Origin: Pseudomonadota bacterium
Lineage (GTDB): Bacteria; Bdellovibrionota_B; Oligoflexia; Oligoflexales; RGVZ01
Reading direction: 5' to 3'
DNA length: 64,000 nucleotides
Assembly: GCA_041178085.1 (NCBI GenBank)
Contig: JBEGVZ010000037.1
Location: forward strand, 1-64,000
The notes beneath the pieces were generated by a model. The model worked only from the letters and a program-made list of their open reading frames with translations. It was not told the origin of the DNA and searched no databases. Within the stretch, counting starts at the first letter, position 1. Each line of letters opens with the position of its first letter. The position numbers were made by a program, and so were the translations under genes. Shown one piece after another: positions 55,524 through 64,000 of the stretch.

Positions 55524-55714
55524 GCCAGACCGGCGCAAAAGCACGTTGAAAATGACGAAAACGTCATTAAATCAAAGTATTTAGAGGTAAAATCGCCGTC
55601 TACTGGCCGAGTTTGAACTTCAGCCAGATCGCTCCCGCCAGACACACGGCAAGGGTCACGATTTGCTGGATCAAACGCCTCCGCCAGCGGATGAATTTCC
55701 CTGATTTCGCTGCG

Positions 55715-55743
55715 TTGACACTCATACCCAATATTGTTAGGTT
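55715..55743 (+). promoter_or_regulatory. sigma70 promoter of tig
   Basis: TTGACA-N17-TAGGTT with extended -10 TG. Confidence 0.6.
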
Positions 55744-55792
55744 CCGCCGGCCTTGAAGGCAACCAGATTCCATAAACGGAGATACGCCCATA

Positions 55793-57079
55793 ATGAAAGC
55801 CACCGTTGAAACGCTCAACTCGGTGCAACGCCGCATCCAAGTCGAACTCCCGGCTGACGCCGTGAACAGCGCCTTTGAGGACGCTTACCGCCGCATCCAG
55901 AAGAAGGCCCACCTGCAAGGCTTCCGCCCCGGCAAGGCCCCGATCAACCTGATCAAAAAGTTCTACGGCGGCTCCGTCGCCAGCGAAGTTGGCGAAAAGC
56001 TGGTCAATCAGAACATTTTCAAAGTCATCAGCGAGAACAAGATCAACATGGTGGCCGCCCCGGTCCTTGAGAAGGCCGACCTGCCGGCAAATGACAAGGA
56101 ATTCCACTTCACGGTGGTGGTCGACGTCATGCCTGACATCAGCCTGCCGGACTACAAGGGCCTGGAAGTCAGTGTCGATTCTTATGCCGTGACCAACGAG
56201 GCCATCGACAAGCAAGTCGAGGATCTGCGCAAGCGCTCGGCGAAGAAAAAGCCGCTCGGCAATGAGGTTGCTGCCTCGAAAGGCCATGCCGTCAAGATGA
56301 AGCTCAAGGCGTTCCGCGAAGACGGTACGGAAATCCAGGGTCTGCCTGCAGACGAAATCGACACCGTCCTTGGCGAAAGCCAGCTGGTTGCGGAGCTTGA
56401 GCAGTCACTCCACGGCATGAAGGCCGGCGAGACCCGCGAAACCACCGTACGCCTGCCGGAAAATTTTGCTGACAAGCAAATGGCAGGCAAAGCCCTGAAG
56501 TACGAGATCAACGTGACTGAAGTCGCCGAGCTCCAGCTGCCCGCGGCAGACGACGAACTGGCCAAGGACTTTGACTTCGAAAGCATGACCAAGCTGAAGG
56601 AAAACATCCGCGAGCGCATGACCTCGCAGATGAACCAGCAGCGCCGCAGCGCCCTCGAGGAAAAAGTCCTGGAAAAACTTCTGGAAAAGGCGCCTTTCGA
56701 AGTCCCGCCGAGCCTTGTTGATGAAGCAATCGACGGGATGATCAAGGAGCAGTTTGCGGGACTTGAGGGCGCTGAACTGAAAAAAGCGATGTTTGACGAG
56801 AACCTGCGGAAGGAGCTCCGCCCAACCGCACGTCGTCGGACCCAGAATAGCCTGCTGCTGGTGCGTATCGCCCAGGAGCAAAAGATTGAAGTGACCAACG
56901 ACGACGTACGCAACTACATCCAGAAGCAGTACGGCGCGGCAGCAAGCCGCACGGACACGAACCTGGATTCACTTGTGAAGTTGCTGGGCGACCGGGTAAA
57001 GCAATCGCTGCTGTTCGAAAAGACACTGGACGTCCTCATCGATGGCGCAAAGGTCAAGGAAGTTCCCGCCAAGGCCTGA
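55793..57079 (+). CDS. tig: Trigger factor
   Basis: GFRPGKAP ribosome-binding motif, FKBP-like middle domain; lies upstream of clpPX. Confidence 0.95.
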   Translation: MKATVETLNSVQRRIQVELPADAVNSAFEDAYRRIQKKAHLQGFRPGKAPINLIKKFYGGSVASEVGEKLVNQNIFKVISENKINMVAAPVLEKADLPANDKEFHFTVVVDVMPDISLPDYKGLEVSVDSYAVTNEAIDKQVEDLRKRSAKKKPLGNEVAASKGHAVKMKLKAFREDGTEIQGLPADEIDTVLGESQLVAELEQSLHGMKAGETRETTVRLPENFADKQMAGKALKYEINVTEVAELQLPAADDELAKDFDFESMTKLKENIRERMTSQMNQQRRSALEEKVLEKLLEKAPFEVPPSLVDEAIDGMIKEQFAGLEGAELKKAMFDENLRKELRPTARRRTQNSLLLVRIAQEQKIEVTNDDVRNYIQKQYGAAASRTDTNLDSLVKLLGDRVKQSLLFEKTLDVLIDGAKVKEVPAKA

Positions 57080-57103
57080 GCCCGAGCAGTTCAAGAAACA
57101 TTT

Positions 57104-57141
57104 AAGCCGCCTGCCTTGAAAAAAGGCAGGCGGTTTTTTTT
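57104..57141 (+). terminator. Rho-independent terminator after tig
   Basis: AAGCCGCCTGCCTT-loop-AAGGCAGGCGGTT followed by a T-run. Confidence 0.85.
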
Positions 57142-57216
57142 GGGCATGTTCAACGGCGATGACGGGGCGCTCTTTGCAACAACGAAAGTGTGCTAAGATT
57201 TTTTCTCCGGAAGTAA

Positions 57217-59460
<2,244 letters not shown>

Positions 59461-59488
59461 AACAGAAACGATCAATGGTGGAATGATG

Positions 59489-59523
59489 GCGGGGCGTCCA
59501 AAGCGGACGTCCCGCTTTTTTTT
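59489..59523 (+). terminator. Rho-independent terminator after katG
   Basis: GCGGGGCGTCC-AAAGC-GGACGTCCCGC-TTTTTTTT. Confidence 0.85.
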
Positions 59524-59968
59524 CAAGCCCAAGCGCAGCGGCAAAGTCATTCGCCACAGAACGTCTCTCGGGCGATTTTGTCCGTTGCGGACTGATCCCA
59601 AATTGGCCTGATTCAGGAACTGAAAATACCCGGGCCTGCCCGCCCGGATGTTGCCGAGCCTGTCTTTTCAGTTGATGGTTACAACAGGACCTCGTTTACC
59701 CGGGTGGAATCAGCCCATTTTTCTCCAACCCCATTCAATCTTTCTAACAACCTGAAAACAATGCACTTAGTGGGCACGAACAGATGGATGGCTTTGCCAG
59801 GGGAGCTGCCAGAAGCTGCCTCTTTTTTAATCAAAGCAAGCTCCGCCTAAAGCCGAAGCAAAACGTGACGAATCTTGCTAGGCACCGAAGCTTGTCAGTT
59901 CGGGGGTGGTGAATTAATTTAAGGATTCCGACCGGTTCTGTTGCGCTCACTCATAACGGGGATCGACC

Positions 59969-60565
59969 ATGCCACTAGTTCCAATAGTCATCGAGCAAAC
60001 CAATCGCGGCGAACGTTCTTACGACATCTATTCCCGGCTCCTTAAAGACCGCATCATTTTCCTTGGCACCCCGGTCTTCGATGAAATCGCGAACGTGATC
60101 ATTGCCCAGTTGCTGTTTCTTGAAAGCTCAGACCCAGACAAGGACATTCATTTCTACATTAACTCCCCAGGCGGATCAGTCACCGCTGGACTGGCAATTT
60201 ACGACACGATGCGCATGGTTCGCCCTGATGTCCGCACTTATTGCATCGGACAGTGCGCGTCGATGGGCGCATGGTTGTTAGCGGCGGGCGCTAAGGGCAA
60301 ACGCTATGCCCTTCCGAATTCGCGGATCATGATCCACCAGCCACTTGGTGGAGCCACGGGACAAGCGACCGACATCGAGATCCAGGCACAGGAAATCATC
60401 AAACTAAAATCGAAAATGACCCAGATCCTTGCGGACCACACGGGACGACCCACCGCGCAGATCCTTGAGGACATCGACCGGGACTACTTCATGTCCGCGG
60501 AAGAAGCGAAGGCTTACGGTATTGTCGACGAAATTGTGACGCCGTCCGCCGTAGAAAAAAAATAA
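59969..60565 (+). CDS. clpP: ATP-dependent Clp protease proteolytic subunit
   Basis: [38 protein letters not shown]. Confidence 0.98.
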   Translation: MPLVPIVIEQTNRGERSYDIYSRLLKDRIIFLGTPVFDEIANVIIAQLLFLESSDPDKDIHFYINSPGGSVTAGLAIYDTMRMVRPDVRTYCIGQCASMGAWLLAAGAKGKRYALPNSRIMIHQPLGGATGQATDIEIQAQEIIKLKSKMTQILADHTGRPTAQILEDIDRDYFMSAEEAKAYGIVDEIVTPSAVEKK

Positions 60566-60612
60566 CAAGTATTCGGTAGCTTTGGAAAACCCCTTCGAGG
60601 GAGAAGTTGAAC

Positions 60613-61923
60613 ATGGCAGGCAAGGATTCAGGACTCCAGTGCAGTTTCTGCGGCAAAAGCCAGCGCGAGGTGAAGAAGCTCATCGCCGGCCCGAACGTTT
60701 ACATCTGCGATGAGTGCATCCAGCTGTGCAACGACATCATTGCCGAGGAAGTCGAGAAAGATGAACTCCTGAATCCGTCAGGCAAAGTGCCGACGCCCAA
60801 GGAGATCAAGAAAATCCTCGATGACTACGTGATCGGGCAGGACGCGGCCAAGAAGACCCTGGCTGTCGCGGTGCACAATCACTACAAGCGCCTTGAATCA
60901 AACAAGGCCGGCAAGGGTACGGATGAGGTGGAGCTTTCAAAGTCCAACATCCTGCTCATCGGGCCTACCGGATCCGGGAAGACACTGCTGGCGCAGACGC
61001 TTGCCCGTATCCTCAACGTACCATTCACGATTTCCGATGCCACCAACTTGACCGAGGCCGGTTACGTCGGTGAGGACGTCGAGAATATCATCCTGAACTT
61101 GCTGCAGGCGGCCGACTACGACGTCGAACTCGCCCAGCGCGGCATCGGGTATATCGATGAAATCGATAAGATCGCGCGCAAGGGCGAAAACCCGTCCATC
61201 ACCCGCGACGTCTCGGGGGAAGGCGTACAACAAGCGCTCCTGAAGATCATCGAAGGTACGATCGCCAACGTTCCCCCACGGGGCGGACGCAAGCATCCGC
61301 AGCAAGAGTTCCTGCAAGTCGACACGACCAACATCCTGTTCGTTTGCGGCGGCGCTTTCGCGGGACTGGAAGAAATCATTGCCTCGCGCATCGAAGTGTC
61401 GGCACTCGGATTCGGTGCTCAAATTCACTCCAAGACACAGCGGGATGTCACCAAGCTGCTGGCGCAAGTCCGCACCGAGGACTTGATGAAGTTCGGTTTG
61501 ATCCCGGAATTCATCGGTCGTCTGCCGGTCGTGTGTTCACTCGGAATGCTTGACGAATCAGCCTTGCTGGACATCCTGACCCAGCCGAAGAACGCCATCG
61601 TGAAGCAGTTCAAGAAGCTGTTTGGCTTTGAGAACGTCGAGCTCAAGTTCACTGACGGCGCACTGCGGGCTGTCGTTCAAGAGGCACTCAAGCGCAAAAC
61701 CGGTGCTCGCGGTCTGCGGGCGATCCTGGAAGGCGCAATGCTGGAAGTGATGTATGAAATGCCCGGCAATGAAGGCCTGAAGGAAGTCATCATCACCGAG
61801 GAAACCATCGTGAGCAGAGGTGAACCTGTGATGGTGTACCAGACTGACGCTGAAAAGGCCGCGGCAGCAGCAAAGGAGCAACAGGCTCCCCAGCGCGAGT
61901 TCGGCACCGGTCCGGGCAAGTAA
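60613..61923 (+). CDS. clpX: ATP-dependent Clp protease ATP-binding subunit
   Basis: CSFCGK...CDEC zinc finger, [26 protein letters not shown]. Confidence 0.98.
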   Translation: MAGKDSGLQCSFCGKSQREVKKLIAGPNVYICDECIQLCNDIIAEEVEKDELLNPSGKVPTPKEIKKILDDYVIGQDAAKKTLAVAVHNHYKRLESNKAGKGTDEVELSKSNILLIGPTGSGKTLLAQTLARILNVPFTISDATNLTEAGYVGEDVENIILNLLQAADYDVELAQRGIGYIDEIDKIARKGENPSITRDVSGEGVQQALLKIIEGTIANVPPRGGRKHPQQEFLQVDTTNILFVCGGAFAGLEEIIASRIEVSALGFGAQIHSKTQRDVTKLLAQVRTEDLMKFGLIPEFIGRLPVVCSLGMLDESALLDILTQPKNAIVKQFKKLFGFENVELKFTDGALRAVVQEALKRKTGARGLRAILEGAMLEVMYEMPGNEGLKEVIITEETIVSRGEPVMVYQTDAEKAAAAAKEQQAPQREFGTGPGK

Positions 61924-61957
61924 GCGGAAAGCCCGTCCAGTTAGCAGATTAATTTTT

Positions 61958-61996
61958 AGGCACCGGCGCGGCAACCCCGCGCCGGTGCTTGCTTTT
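61958..61996 (+). terminator. Stable hairpin, probable terminator between clpX and lon
   Basis: AGGCACCGGCGCGG-loop-CCGCGCCGGTGCTT followed by GCTTTT. Confidence 0.55.
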
Positions 61997-62179
61997 CAGG
62001 CAATAAAAACCCCGCCGTTCACGGGTTTCACATTTCCTGCAACAACGTCGATGAACTCTGAGAGAGGCCCAGGCGACAGGGGGATGGACAGAAAGGTAGA
62101 CGGGACGGAAATTTGCCTCTAAGCTGAAATGATAACAAGCACTTAACTTGTACAATGCCTTGCCGGCAGGGGGTGACCT

Positions 62180-64000
62180 GTGAGCAGCTCCAAGGACCCT
62201 AAGGAACCAGCTGGAACGAAGCCCCCTGAGAAGACACCAGGCCAGGGCACCACGACTCAGATTCCCTTGCTTCCACTGCGGGACATTCTGGTCTTTCCCT
62301 CGACCGTCGTGCCTCTGTTCGTTGGCCGCGACAAGTCCATCGCCGCACTCGAACAAGCGATGGCCAGCAACAAGGAAATCCTGCTGGCAGCCCAGATCAA
62401 AGCCAAGACCAACGATCCCTCCGCCGAGGACATCTACAAAGTCGGGACAGTCAGCACGATCCTGCAACTGCTTCGACTCCCCGACGACACGGTCAAGGTG
62501 CTGGTTGAAGGCCAGCGTCGTGCCCGCATCGTTGATTTCGTGAAGACCGATGAATTCTTCATGGTCGAAGCAGAAGACATGGTTGAGGAGAAAGTACCGA
62601 GTGTTGAGTCCGAAGCGCTCATCCGCACGGTCAAGATGGCTTTTGACAACTACGTCCGTTTGAACAAGCGGATCCCACCGGAACTTCCGCTGTCGCTGGC
62701 GCAGATTGATGACGAGAGCAAGCTGGCGGACACGCTTGTGGCACACCTGACCAACCTGAAACTCCAGGACAAACAGAGATTGCTTGAAGAGGTGAATCCG
62801 CGCGCACGGCTCGAGGAGCTTTACGGCTTCATTCAGTCTGAGATCGAGATCATGCGAGTTGAGAAAAAGATTCGCGCCCGCGTGAAGCGCCAGATGGAAA
62901 AGACGCAAAAGGAGTACTACCTCAACGAGCAGATGGCGGCGATCCAAAAGGAGCTCGGGGACCGCGACGACGGGCGCGCCGAGCTGCAGGAACTGGAAAA
63001 CCTGATCAAGAAAAAGCAGCTTTCCGAGGAAGCGCGCGAGAAAGTCACCAAGGAACTGCGCAAGCTGAAAATGATGTCACCGATGTCTGCGGAAGCAACT
63101 GTTGTCCGCAACTACATCGATACGGTTCTCTCCCTGCCTTGGGGCGAGTTCACCACGGAAAAGCGTGACATCAAGTATGCCGAGGATGTTCTCAACAAGG
63201 ATCACTACGGACTGCGGAAGGTCAAAGACCGCGTTCTTGAATACCTTTCCGTGCGCGCCCTGAGCACGGGACTGAAAGGTCCGATCCTTTGCCTGGTCGG
63301 ACCTCCTGGTGTCGGTAAAACATCTCTTGCACGCAGTGTGGCGACGTCAACGGGTAGAAACTTTGTGCGGATTTCACTTGGCGGCGTGCGCGACGAAGCA
63401 GAGATCCGCGGACACCGCCGGACCTACATCGGCTCCATGCCCGGCAAGATCATCATGGCCCTGAAAAAGGCTGGATCGGCCAACCCGGTGGTGCTGCTGG
63501 ACGAAATTGACAAGCTGAGCCAGGACTTCCGCGGCGACCCCGCATCGGCACTGCTTGAGGTCCTGGACCCAGAGCAGAATCACACGTTCAACGATCACTA
63601 CCTTGACCTGGACTTCGATTTGTCCAAGTGCCTGTTTCTTGCCACGGCTAACTCGTTGCATTCGATCCCGAAACCACTCCTTGACCGTATGGAAGTCATT
63701 TCGCTCTCCGGATATACGGAAGAAGAAAAGCTGGCCATTGCCCAGCAGTACCTCGTGCCGAAGGAAATCCGCGAGAACGGACTGGAAAAAAGTCACATCA
63801 CTTTCCAGCCCAAGGCCCTGAAGGAAATTGTTTCGTACTATACCCGTGAGGCGGGCGTACGGAATCTGGAACGCGAGATCGGATCCGTGTTGCGCAAGGT
63901 GGCCCGCAAGCACTTGAAGAAGGCCGCAGGCGGGGTCGAGCAAGAGGACGGTGTGGAACTTGAGTCTGCGGAAGCGACAGGATCCGCCGATGAATCGTCA
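62180..64000 (+). CDS. lon: Lon protease (partial; runs off the window end)
   Basis: GTG at 62180 opens [54 protein letters not shown]; no stop codon before 64000. Confidence 0.97.
   Translation, partial: MSSSKDPKEPAGTKPPEKTPGQGTTTQIPLLPLRDILVFPSTVVPLFVGRDKSIAALEQAMASNKEILLAAQIKAKTNDPSAEDIYKVGTVSTILQLLRLPDDTVKVLVEGQRRARIVDFVKTDEFFMVEAEDMVEEKVPSVESEALIRTVKMAFDNYVRLNKRIPPELPLSLAQIDDESKLADTLVAHLTNLKLQDKQRLLEEVNPRARLEELYGFIQSEIEIMRVEKKIRARVKRQMEKTQKEYYLNEQMAAIQKELGDRDDGRAELQELENLIKKKQLSEEAREKVTKELRKLKMMSPMSAEATVVRNYIDTVLSLPWGEFTTEKRDIKYAEDVLNKDHYGLRKVKDRVLEYLSVRALSTGLKGPILCLVGPPGVGKTSLARSVATSTGRNFVRISLGGVRDEAEIRGHRRTYIGSMPGKIIMALKKAGSANPVVLLDEIDKLSQDFRGDPASALLEVLDPEQNHTFNDHYLDLDFDLSKCLFLATANSLHSIPKPLLDRMEVISLSGYTEEEKLAIAQQYLVPKEIRENGLEKSHITFQPKALKEIVSYYTREAGVRNLEREIGSVLRKVARKHLKKAAGGVEQEDGVELESAEATGSADESS

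Noticed and set aside
55524..55792. tRNA gene upstream of tig, as in many bacteria
   Set aside because: No cloverleaf or GTTCRA T-loop with a matching acceptor stem was found.

Overview
A gene-dense bacterial chromosome segment, GC in roughly the high 50s percent by eye. Gene content suggests Bdellovibrionota, probably Oligoflexia (inference): many orphan secreted proteins and lipoproteins, a CPAF-like S41 protease, YtkA-like proteins, and sigma54/sigma28-like promoters. The housekeeping backbone is cysS, hutI, an RRM protein, phrB, greA, tyrS, cobU-like, ubiE, oppABCDF, miaA, mutL, engB, lpdA plus E2, tig, katG, clpP, clpX and the 5' part of lon. I found no rRNA, tRNA, CRISPR array, integrase or transposase. 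The accessory material is the most interesting part. (1) Four very Cys-rich exported proteins surround and interrupt mutL-miaA. Two share a domain-Pro/Thr stalk-Cys-rich tip design, short motifs and sigma28-like promoters, and one has a saposin-like helical N-terminus and a coupled small lipoprotein. (2) A divergent, sigma54-driven lipoprotein pair (a monoheme cytochrome c and a His-rich protein) shares an unrecognised disulfide repeat. (3) A tightly coupled 7-gene operon encodes YtkA x2, a CxxC-OMP, thioredoxin, thioesterase, SBP and a pilin-like protein. (4) There is a triplet of paralogous small lipoproteins. (5) An orphan CobU lacks its catalytic His. All family calls come from motif recognition by eye; no database searches were run.
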